From Candidatus Latescibacterota bacterium (GTDB lineage Bacteria > Latescibacterota > UBA2968 > UBA8231), in assembly GCA_965221775.1 (NCBI GenBank), contig CBDCSU010000006.1, positions 1 through 64,000 on the forward strand: DNA of 64,000 nt, written 5' to 3'. The notes beneath the pieces were generated by a model. The model had not been told where the DNA came from. It searched no databases and worked only from the letters and a program-made list of their open reading frames with translations. Positions 28,869-37,502 of the stretch are shown here, piece after piece. The translations under genes were made by a program, and so were the position numbers. Position 1 is the first letter of the stretch. Each line of letters starts with the position of its first letter.

Positions 28869-30512
28869 ATGGTATCCCTGGCCCGGCCCCTCGCAGTCCT
28901 GACCCTCCCTGTCTCCTCCATCCTCTCCGGCTGCGGAGAGGGTGACGCGGTGGCGAGAGTCGATGATGAGCCGATCACCGCGGCCGACCTCCGTGAGTTC
29001 GTCGACAACCTCCCTTCCGGCCTGAAGAGCCCGGACCGCGGTGCCGACGCTCGCCGCCAGTACCTCCAGTCGCTGATCGACCGCCGGCTGTTGCTGATCG
29101 AGGCCCGCTCCCGCGGCCTCCCGGAAGACCCGGCCATCGCGGGCCTCGCCGACAGGACCATCCGGTCCAGGCTGATGACCATGTACCAGCGAGCCGTGGT
29201 GGCGCCGCGGGTGCAGATCCACGAGAGCGACCTGCGCCAGCGCTTCGCCGACCTCGGGCTGCAGCGCCAGCGCCGGCTCAACGCCATCCTCGTGCGGACC
29301 CGGGAAGAGATCGACGCCATCTCCGCCCGGCTGCGGCGGGGCGCCTCCTTCGAAGAGCTCGCCCGGGAGCACTCTCTCGACAGGAGATCGGCCGCCAATG
29401 GAGGGGAGCTGGGGTTCATCGACGCCGAGGCCGCGCAACGGATCCACGTCCCCCGGGACGTCTTTCTGGAGCTGCCCACCGGCCAGGTCTCGGAGCCGAT
29501 GGCCGCCGGCACCAGCTGGCACCTCGTCCGCTTCACGGAGGAGCGCGCCTCCGACCTGGCCGACTACCGGCAGCGCCTGCAGGACGAGCTTTTCGCCGTG
29601 GGCCTGAGGCGGGCCGAGGCCGAGGAGATCGAGACCCTTCGAGCCCGCTACGGGGTCAGCCTCCTCGACGAGGGTTTCTCCCACCTCCTCGAGGCGTACC
29701 GCCTGCGGCAGACGGCCGGACTCGACACCAGCTCCCTCGGCCTCTACGCGGGGCAGGACCTGGCCATCACCGTGGGCGAGGCCCAGAAGGCCCTTCTCGG
29801 CCGGGTGAAGGTCCTCTCCCCGCCGGCGAGGGCGAAGGTGATTCTCGAGCAGACCGTGCTGCGCCCCCTGCTCTTCGAGCGCGCCGCCCGCGAACAGGAA
29901 CTGGTCGAGGCCTCGGAGCTGGAGCACCGGCACCGGCGACTGTTGGAGGACGCGCTGCTGGAAGCGCTGCGCCGGCAGGAGACCGCGGGGACCCGCGAGG
30001 TCTCCGAGATCGAGGTGCGTCAGTACTACGACGACCACCCCGAGCTGTTCGTCCACGAGCGGTCCGTCTGGGCGGAGGAGCTTCTCCTCGCCTCCCAAGC
30101 GGAAGCTCACCAGGCGCTGCGTCTGATCGAGGAAGGGGCCGACTTCGCCGAGCTGGCCTCCCGCAGCCTGCGGCCGGAGGCCGCCCAGCGCGGCGCCCGC
30201 CACCACTATCACCCGCACGAGAGCGCTCTCTATCCGCGCCTGCTTCCGGCCCTGATGGAAGCGGAGGCCGGGGCCCTCACCGGGCCGGCGGAGGTGGAGG
30301 GCGGCTGGTCGATCTTCCGCGTGGCCCACTTCGACGAGGGCGGTCTGGAGCCTTTCGAGCGCGCGGCCCGCCGGGCGCGGGCCCTGCTGGTGAGGAAACG
30401 GCAGCAGGAGGTCTTCAGGGCTTTTCTCCAGAGCCTGCGGGAGAGCTACGGCGACCGGGTGCAGATCTACGCAGAGCGCCTCGACGAGGCGCTGCCCGAC
30501 CAGGTGATGTAG
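28869..30512 (+). CDS. SurA/PrsA-like lipoprotein peptidyl-prolyl isomerase with two parvulin domains
   Basis: Lipobox LSGC. VARVDDEPIT, FEELAREHSLD..SAANGGELGF, second FAELA..S domain. Confidence 0.88.
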   Translation: MVSLARPLAVLTLPVSSILSGCGEGDAVARVDDEPITAADLREFVDNLPSGLKSPDRGADARRQYLQSLIDRRLLLIEARSRGLPEDPAIAGLADRTIRSRLMTMYQRAVVAPRVQIHESDLRQRFADLGLQRQRRLNAILVRTREEIDAISARLRRGASFEELAREHSLDRRSAANGGELGFIDAEAAQRIHVPRDVFLELPTGQVSEPMAAGTSWHLVRFTEERASDLADYRQRLQDELFAVGLRRAEAEEIETLRARYGVSLLDEGFSHLLEAYRLRQTAGLDTSSLGLYAGQDLAITVGEAQKALLGRVKVLSPPARAKVILEQTVLRPLLFERAAREQELVEASELEHRHRRLLEDALLEALRRQETAGTREVSEIEVRQYYDDHPELFVHERSVWAEELLLASQAEAHQALRLIEEGADFAELASRSLRPEAAQRGARHHYHPHESALYPRLLPALMEAEAGALTGPAEVEGGWSIFRVAHFDEGGLEPFERAARRARALLVRKRQQEVFRAFLQSLRESYGDRVQIYAERLDEALPDQVM

Positions 30513-30514
30513 GG

Positions 30515-31990
30515 ATGCGCGCCAGCTGCCGCAGCATGGCCGCGGCCATGGCCCTGTGGAGCTGCGCCACCGAAGCCCCCGACACCGGCTCGGCCCCCGC
30601 CGGAGGCGGTTCCGCGCCCTCCAGAGAGGCCCTGGCCCTCAGCAACCGCGGCGCCATCTTCCTCCAGCAGAACAGCCCCCGGCGGGCCCTGACCGCTCTC
30701 CGGAGGGCCGTCGATCTCGCGCCCGGGCTCCCCGACGCCCACTTCAACCTCGGCCTGGTCCTGGCGCGGCTCGGCGAGCACGCCGAAGCGGTCACCGCCT
30801 TCGAGCGCGCCGGCCATCTCGGCTTCGAGGGCATCGGGCTGCACCTGGCCATGGGCACCTCGCTGCGCGCCCTGAACCGCTACGCCCAGGCCGGCGCCGC
30901 CTTTGCGCGCGCCCTGGCCCTGGCGCCGGGGCGCGCCGACCTCCATCTGAGCCGCGGCGAGGTCCTGCGGGCCATGGGCCGGCTCGACTCGGCGCTGGCC
31001 GCCTTCGAGAACGCCGTCGCGCGGGATTCCACCCTCGGCGCGGGACACCGCTACCGCGGTGAGCTGCTGGCCGCCTCGGGGCGGCTCGACGAGGCCGCGG
31101 CTGCCTACGGCCGGGCGATCGCCCTCGAACCGGGCCACCTCGGGGGCCTGCTGGGCCGCGCCGAGGTCCTGCGCCGCTCGGGAGACCTCGACGCCGCCCT
31201 GGCGGACCTTGCCGCGGCCCTGGCCTTGGACCCGCGCAGCGATCGCGCCCACTACCTGCGGGCCAGCGTCGCCGACGAGCAGGGGCGTCCCGCCGCGGCC
31301 GCCGAGTCGCGGCGCGCCTTCCAGCGCCTGACAGCCGCGCGCCGTCACTTCGACCAGGGGCAGGTCTACGCCGGCCGGTCTCGGAGACCCGCCGCCGAAG
31401 CGGAGTTCCTCCGCGCCCTCGAGGTCGATTCGACCTTCGCCGAAGCCTGGCTGCAGCTGGGCGTCCTCCGTCTGGCGGACGGCCGCCCGCACGACAGCCT
31501 GGAGCCTCTGCAACAGGCCGCGGGGCTGCGGCCCCGGGGGTCGAGGGCCCACGAGCTGCTGGGCGAAGCGCACCTCCGCCTCGGCAGCCCCGAGGCGGCC
31601 CTGGGCTCCTTCGCCGCCGCCGAGAGCCTGGTTCCGTCGTCGGCCCCGGCGATCTCAGGTCGGGGGCGGGCCCTCTTCGCCCTCGGGCGGGACGAGCAGG
31701 CGGCCAGCGTCTTCCGCCGCCTTCGGGAGCTAGATCCCGACGCCCTGGCCGCCTATTTCCACCTCGGCCTGATCTACGCCCGCCAGGGCAGGGCCCGGGA
31801 GGCTGCGGCCAGTCTCCGGCAGAGCCTCGCCGTGGACCCGGATCACATCGAGGCTCACTATGCCCTGGGGACACTGCTGGCGGAGTCGGGTGATGCCGCC
31901 GGCGCCCGCAGGCACCTGTCCCGGGTCCTCTCCCTCGACCCCGGCCACTCCCGGGCGGAGGAGAGACTGGCCGCCGTCGCTGCCCCGTGA
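30515..31990 (+). CDS. TPR-repeat lipoprotein
   Basis: LWSC lipobox; about 12 TPRs (AHFNLGLVLARLG, AYFHLGLIYARQG). Confidence 0.85.
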   Translation: MRASCRSMAAAMALWSCATEAPDTGSAPAGGGSAPSREALALSNRGAIFLQQNSPRRALTALRRAVDLAPGLPDAHFNLGLVLARLGEHAEAVTAFERAGHLGFEGIGLHLAMGTSLRALNRYAQAGAAFARALALAPGRADLHLSRGEVLRAMGRLDSALAAFENAVARDSTLGAGHRYRGELLAASGRLDEAAAAYGRAIALEPGHLGGLLGRAEVLRRSGDLDAALADLAAALALDPRSDRAHYLRASVADEQGRPAAAAESRRAFQRLTAARRHFDQGQVYAGRSRRPAAEAEFLRALEVDSTFAEAWLQLGVLRLADGRPHDSLEPLQQAAGLRPRGSRAHELLGEAHLRLGSPEAALGSFAAAESLVPSSAPAISGRGRALFALGRDEQAASVFRRLRELDPDALAAYFHLGLIYARQGRAREAAASLRQSLAVDPDHIEAHYALGTLLAESGDAAGARRHLSRVLSLDPGHSRAEERLAAVAAP

Positions 31991-34326
31991 GCCCCCGGCG
32001 GTCCCCCTGGAGGGCGGTCCTGGCCCTGTGGCTGGCCGCGGCGGCGGGCTGCTCGACCCCCGAGCCACCCCCCGGCCCCGCGGGCGACCCCCGGCTGCGC
32101 CACGCCCTGCAGCTGACCCGCCAAGGTCGGTTTGCGGCCGCGGCGGACTGTCTGCAGGCCGCCGCGCGGGAGGGTGCCGATCCGGCCGAGGTGAGCCTCA
32201 GGCTCGCCGAGGCGCATCTCGGAAGCGGCCGGCGGCAGGCGGCCCTCGAGCAACTGGAGAGCCTGCCGGCAGAAACGCGGCAGAGACCCCTCTACGGCGT
32301 GCTGCGGGCGTGGGTGCGGGCCTTCGACGGAGAGGCGCTGCAGGCCCGGAGCGAGACCGAGGGGATCCTCGCCCGCTCGCCGGATTCCGTCGAGGGCCGG
32401 GTGCTGCTGGCCAGCCTCTCCCTGCAGGCGGCGGCCACGATGGACCTGGAAGCGGCGGCTCGATGGAGCGCCGAGGTCCTCGAAGAGGTGCCCGGGCATC
32501 GCGTCGCCGAAGGCATGCTGCTGCAGGCCGAGTTGCGGCTCGGCCGGTTCGAGGCGGCCGCCGAGCGGGGGCGCGAGCTGGCCCAGCGGCACTCCGACGG
32601 GCAGTTGTGGATGCTGGCGGGCACCGCCGCCCTGTGGGCGGACGATCCCCAGGGGGCCATCGGCGCCCTTCGCCGGGCCGTCGATCTCTCCGGCGAAGCC
32701 GCCCTCCAGCGGCGGCGGGCCCTGTGGCTGCTGAGCCTGGCGTGGGAGGCGGCGGGATCGCCGGGTTTGCCGGAACCGCGCTACCAGTTCACGCCCTATG
32801 CTCCTGCCCCTCCTCCCCCTTCGGTGCCCCGCTTCGTCGACGTCGCCGTGGCTGCCGGCGTTGCCAAGGTCGACCGCGGCCGGGGCAGCAGCTGGCTCGA
32901 CTTCGACGGCGATGGCGACTGGGACCTGTTCAGCGTCGGCATCCACGTCCCGCATTCCCTCTACGAGAACGTGGGTGGGCGGTTCGACGACGTCACCGGA
33001 ACCCGGGGCCTCGACGATCCCCGCGGCGGCTGGGGGGCCTCCACCGCCGACGTGGACGACGATGGCGACCCGGACCTCTTCGTCACGCGCGACGCCTGGG
33101 AGGGGGCGGCGCCGAACTCCCTCTACCGCAACGACCGCGCCTCGGGGTTCGTCGATGTCGCGCCGGAGGCGGGGCTGGCGGGGGCGGAGGCCAGCTTCAC
33201 CGCCGCCTGGGGCGACTTCGACATCGACGGCCGGCTCGACCTCTACGTCGCCAACGGCGTCATCGCCGACGGAGGCGCCAACGGCCTGCACCACAACCGC
33301 ACGGCGCCCGGGGGGGCGATCCTGTTTTCCGACGTCGCCCCGGAGGCGGGGGCCGACGACTCCCTCAAGAGCATCGGCACCGCCAGCGGCGACTACGACG
33401 GCGACGGTCTCCCCGACATCTACTGCGCCAACATCGGCGGGCCCAATCGCCTCTATCGGAACCAGGGAGGAATGCTCTTCGAGGAGACCGCCGCCGCAGC
33501 CGGGGTGGTCTTTCCGGTCGAGGGCGGCTACATCTGTTTCTTCCTGGACTTCGACAACGACGGCCTCCTCGACCTCTTCGTCTCGACCATGAGCGCCTTC
33601 GACGATGTCCTCCACAGCGCCGTGAACGGGCGGGCGGTGGAGCCCAACCGGCCCTTCCTCTATCGCAACGAGGGAGACGGCACCTTCACGGACGTGGCCC
33701 GGCCCGCCGGCCTCGGACGTTCCTTCGGCTCCATGGGGGCCGGCGTGGGCGACGTCGACAACGACGGGTTTCCCGACCTCTATCTGGCCAACGGGGGGCC
33801 GGAGATGTTCCGGCTGGAGCCCAACGTGATGTTCCTGAACCGGGGAGACGGGACCTTCGCCGACATCTCCCGGGCCGCCGGGGTGGCCAACCTCGGCAAG
33901 GGCCACGGCGCCACCTTCGCCGACTACGACGAGGATGGGGACCAGGACCTCTATGCCGGCCTCGGCGGGCACTACGACGCCGATCTCTGGGCCAACGCCC
34001 TGTACCGCAACGACGGCCCCGCGGGGCGCTCGATTTCCGTACGCGCCCTGTCGGGGCCGCGTGACGCCCCGGGGGCCCGGATCCTGGTCGAAGCCGGCGG
34101 CTCCCGGGTCCACGCGCAGGTGGCCAGCGGCTTCGGCTTCGGCTCCTCCAACGCCGCTGCCGTCACCGTCGGCCTGGGCACGGCGGAAGAGGTGGACCGC
34201 CTGGAGGTCGTATGGCCCGGCGGCCAGCGCCAGAGCTGGGGGACCCTGCCGGCCGGGGCGCAGGTGCTGGTTCGCCAGGGGCGGGCCGAGGCGGAGATCG
34301 GCCAAGCCGGCTCCGGACCGCCTTGA
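31987..34326 (+). CDS. Lipoprotein with N-terminal TPRs and CRTAC1/ASPIC-UnbV FG-GAP propeller
   Basis: GTGA overlap, AAGC lipobox. Repeated WLDFDGDGDWD/WGDFDIDGRLD/GDVDNDGFPD; GKGHGATFAD; GFGFGSSN. Confidence 0.88.
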   Translation: MSPRRSPWRAVLALWLAAAAGCSTPEPPPGPAGDPRLRHALQLTRQGRFAAAADCLQAAAREGADPAEVSLRLAEAHLGSGRRQAALEQLESLPAETRQRPLYGVLRAWVRAFDGEALQARSETEGILARSPDSVEGRVLLASLSLQAAATMDLEAAARWSAEVLEEVPGHRVAEGMLLQAELRLGRFEAAAERGRELAQRHSDGQLWMLAGTAALWADDPQGAIGALRRAVDLSGEAALQRRRALWLLSLAWEAAGSPGLPEPRYQFTPYAPAPPPPSVPRFVDVAVAAGVAKVDRGRGSSWLDFDGDGDWDLFSVGIHVPHSLYENVGGRFDDVTGTRGLDDPRGGWGASTADVDDDGDPDLFVTRDAWEGAAPNSLYRNDRASGFVDVAPEAGLAGAEASFTAAWGDFDIDGRLDLYVANGVIADGGANGLHHNRTAPGGAILFSDVAPEAGADDSLKSIGTASGDYDGDGLPDIYCANIGGPNRLYRNQGGMLFEETAAAAGVVFPVEGGYICFFLDFDNDGLLDLFVSTMSAFDDVLHSAVNGRAVEPNRPFLYRNEGDGTFTDVARPAGLGRSFGSMGAGVGDVDNDGFPDLYLANGGPEMFRLEPNVMFLNRGDGTFADISRAAGVANLGKGHGATFADYDEDGDQDLYAGLGGHYDADLWANALYRNDGPAGRSISVRALSGPRDAPGARILVEAGGSRVHAQVASGFGFGSSNAAAVTVGLGTAEEVDRLEVVWPGGQRQSWGTLPAGAQVLVRQGRAEAEIGQAGSGPP

Positions 34327-34414
34327 CAGACCGGAGGGCCCTTCACTAAATCTCGCCCTGACCCGCCCTCGCAGCGGTAGACCCGCGGCCCCGAGACGGC
34401 CGCAGAGACGACCG

Positions 34415-37400
34415 ATGCCAGCGCCTGATTCCCGCCCCCACTCCCTCGCCCCCTGGCTGCTCATCGCGGCCATCGCCTGGGCCCTGATCCCACCCGATCC
34501 CGCCCAGGCCCAGCGTCGTACGGGCTACCGGCTCACCCAGGACGCCATCGTCGTCGACAGCCACCGGCACTGGCAGCGGTGGAGCGTGCCCGTTCACGCC
34601 GTCGACCTGGACCGCGATGGCACCGCGAGGCCCCACCGGTTCCGCGATCGCTTCAACATCCTCGACGACCGCGAGACCTTCACCCGCACCCTGCCCGGGC
34701 TGAAGAGGAAGAAGGGCGAGACGGCGATCCTGAACGTGGACAGCACCGAGACCCTCGACGTGCGCGGCGAGATCATCCTCGACCGCAAGGACAACCCGAT
34801 CTACACCTATTTCCTGCGTCCCGGGATCAGCCGCGTCGGCTCGAACCCGGAGGCCGCCGCCAATGTCCTCGACGGCGATCCGAGCACCTATTGGGAGCCC
34901 GACCCCCGCGACCCCGTCGACGACTGGTGGCTGGAGATCGACCTGGGGCGGGTCGTCCCGGTGGACACGCTGCGGCTCCACTTCGTCGAGGAGGACCTCG
35001 GCGATCCCTTCCGCCAGTTCCGCCTCCTCGCCGCCCCCGATCAGGAACCCGTCACCCAGGACGCCGACCGCATCGACTTCTTTCGCGTCGGGGGCACCGC
35101 GGCGCCGAACGAGAGCCGGCGCACCTTCTCCTTCGACTTCCCGCGGGACAGGTCCAGCGCCGAGTGGACGGGACGGATGGTGCAGACGATACGGGTCGTG
35201 GTCACCGATTCGCGTCAGGGGCGCGGCCAGCTCCTCGACGGCGAGGAGGCCTGGCTCGCCCTGGACCCGGGGGACCGCGGCGACATCCTCTACTACATCC
35301 GTGACCTGGCCGGCACGGAGGAGCCGGTGGAGCGGGAGGTCTACGAGTCCCTCGGCACCGACCGCCAGGGGCGCCGCGACTACTACCGGCGTGAACGCCC
35401 GCGCCTGGCCGACATCGAGATCTGGGGAGCGGGGGACAACATCAGCCCCGGCATCATCGAGGGCGGCGGCAGCATCTTCCTCACGGGCGGCACCTTCGCG
35501 CCCGGCCCGGGCTTCGACGGCGATTACTCCACCAATTTCCTGCACCTCGTCTGGTCGCCCACGATCGACCGCGGGGTCCTGACCGTCGACCTGGCCGCCA
35601 CCTTCTGGCTCGACGCCATGCGCATATCCACCTCCCGCCCGCGGCCCTACATCGACGGCTACATCGTGCGCGCGTCGGACGGCTCTCTCGACGCCAACGG
35701 CCGGATCAAGTGGACGCGGATCAGCCCGCGCAGCCGGGAGGACAACAGCGTCTCCGGCTTCCGGAATCTCCTCGACCCGTACGACCTGCCGCCGCTGCGC
35801 TTCCTGGAGGTGAGCATCGTCTCCGTCGACCCGAGGCGGCGCGGAGGCTACAACACCGGCCCCACCATCGCCGAGTATCAGCTCTACTCGAAGGGACATC
35901 CCGCGGAGGTCCTGTTGACCTCCGACCTCATCGAGCTGCCCGGGCCGCGCCACTTCGGCGCCATCACCTGGGATGGCGACGTGCCCCCCGGCACCGGCAT
36001 GGAGATCCGCACCCGATCCGGCGACCTGCTGGGCCGGATCGTGCGCTACTTCGACAAACAGGGACAGGAGATCGCCTTCACCGCCTGGAAGAACCTCATC
36101 GGCAGCTTCAAGGGCCCGGTGGACACAACCCTCGTGCCCACCGCCGGGTGGTCCTCCTGGAGCCGGGCCTATGAGCGCCAGGGAGACCGCGTGACCTCGC
36201 CGGGGCTGCGCCGCTTCGCCCAGATCCAGGTGCGCCTGACCACGACCGACCGGGACCTCGCCTCCGCCATCCGCTCGATCCGCATCGAGCTCCTCGACCC
36301 GGTGGCCGAGCGCATCCTGGCGGAAATCACGCCGACGGAGGTCCCCGCCGTGGGTGTCCTCGACACCTTCGACGTCTTCATGCAACCGACCTTCATCTCG
36401 AGGCCGGAGGCCAGCCTGGGCTTTGACGAGGTCCTGCTGGCCATGCCCGCCTCCGGCCGCATGGAGCTGATCGAGGTCGAGGTCGACGGCGGCCAGGAGG
36501 GAGGTCGGCGCCACTTCCGCCGCGGGGGCGACGGCGGCTACGCCGACGGCGGCGGGAGTCGCCTGACCGTCTTCCGGCAGCAGGCCGACTCGATCTGGGT
36601 GCGCCTGCCCGAGGCGGTGACGCTGCTGCCCGACACCAGCCGGGCCTACTACCGGATTACCGCCGACAGCACCCAGGTCCCGGTGACCCAGGACGGCATC
36701 CCCCTGTCGGCCGCCTCGTGGGGACTGCTCGACGACGACGAGCAGGGGAGAGTCCTCTACTTCAGGAGGCTCGAGTCCGGGGAGCTGGAGGAGACCGACC
36801 AGCGATCATGGGAGGAACTGGACGAGAGCGAGCGGCTGGCGCGCTACTTCCGCGTGCTGGAGGGAGACGGCGCCCAGTACCCCTTCGACGAACGCGGCGA
36901 CTCCCTGGACGCCAGCGACTACTCCCGTCTCTCCAGCCAGGAGCGCGGCCGCGTCGTCGGCCCGGGCCCCCGGGTGCGCGTCCGCTTCCAGGCCCCCGTG
37001 CTCCTCAACGGCACCACCCTCGGCCTGGCGGTGCGCAACGCGGGGGTGGACCCGGACGCGAGTTGGCAGAGCGTGGAGGCCGGCGATGCGGTTCCGGAGA
37101 TGGAGTCGAATACCCTGACCCTCTCCGTCCCCCTGGACGGCAAGGCGGTGGAAGACGTGAGGATCTCACCGAATCCCTTCTCGCCGAATGGGGATCTGAT
37201 CAACGACCGCACCGAGATCGGCCTGTCCGTCTTCCGCATCACCGATGAGCGCAGCCTGCGGGTGAGCATCCACACCCTGGCCGGCCGCCGGGTCTGGCAG
37301 CAGGAGCAGACCGTCACCCCCGGATTGCGGTCCATCTCGTGGGATGGACGCGACGACAGGGGGAACCTCGTTCCCCCGGGGATCTACCTGGTCAAGCTGC

Positions 37401-37465
37401 ACCTCGACATCGACAGCAGAGACTCGGGCAGATCCGTGGTGCGCACCCTGGCCGTCGCCTATTGA
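34415..37465 (+). CDS. Secreted discoidin-like + FlgD-like CTD protein ('cargo' paralogue 2, 1016 aa)
   Basis: Signal peptide (AQA|Q). DGDPSTYW...WWLEIDLGRVV. PNPFSPNGDLIND...WDGRDDRG..VPPGIY...TLAVAY. Confidence 0.85.
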   Translation: MPAPDSRPHSLAPWLLIAAIAWALIPPDPAQAQRRTGYRLTQDAIVVDSHRHWQRWSVPVHAVDLDRDGTARPHRFRDRFNILDDRETFTRTLPGLKRKKGETAILNVDSTETLDVRGEIILDRKDNPIYTYFLRPGISRVGSNPEAAANVLDGDPSTYWEPDPRDPVDDWWLEIDLGRVVPVDTLRLHFVEEDLGDPFRQFRLLAAPDQEPVTQDADRIDFFRVGGTAAPNESRRTFSFDFPRDRSSAEWTGRMVQTIRVVVTDSRQGRGQLLDGEEAWLALDPGDRGDILYYIRDLAGTEEPVEREVYESLGTDRQGRRDYYRRERPRLADIEIWGAGDNISPGIIEGGGSIFLTGGTFAPGPGFDGDYSTNFLHLVWSPTIDRGVLTVDLAATFWLDAMRISTSRPRPYIDGYIVRASDGSLDANGRIKWTRISPRSREDNSVSGFRNLLDPYDLPPLRFLEVSIVSVDPRRRGGYNTGPTIAEYQLYSKGHPAEVLLTSDLIELPGPRHFGAITWDGDVPPGTGMEIRTRSGDLLGRIVRYFDKQGQEIAFTAWKNLIGSFKGPVDTTLVPTAGWSSWSRAYERQGDRVTSPGLRRFAQIQVRLTTTDRDLASAIRSIRIELLDPVAERILAEITPTEVPAVGVLDTFDVFMQPTFISRPEASLGFDEVLLAMPASGRMELIEVEVDGGQEGGRRHFRRGGDGGYADGGGSRLTVFRQQADSIWVRLPEAVTLLPDTSRAYYRITADSTQVPVTQDGIPLSAASWGLLDDDEQGRVLYFRRLESGELEETDQRSWEELDESERLARYFRVLEGDGAQYPFDERGDSLDASDYSRLSSQERGRVVGPGPRVRVRFQAPVLLNGTTLGLAVRNAGVDPDASWQSVEAGDAVPEMESNTLTLSVPLDGKAVEDVRISPNPFSPNGDLINDRTEIGLSVFRITDERSLRVSIHTLAGRRVWQQEQTVTPGLRSISWDGRDDRGNLVPPGIYLVKLHLDIDSRDSGRSVVRTLAVAY

Positions 37466-37502
37466 AGGCCCAGGCCTCTTGAAGCCAAATCAGGAGAGAC
37501 CC

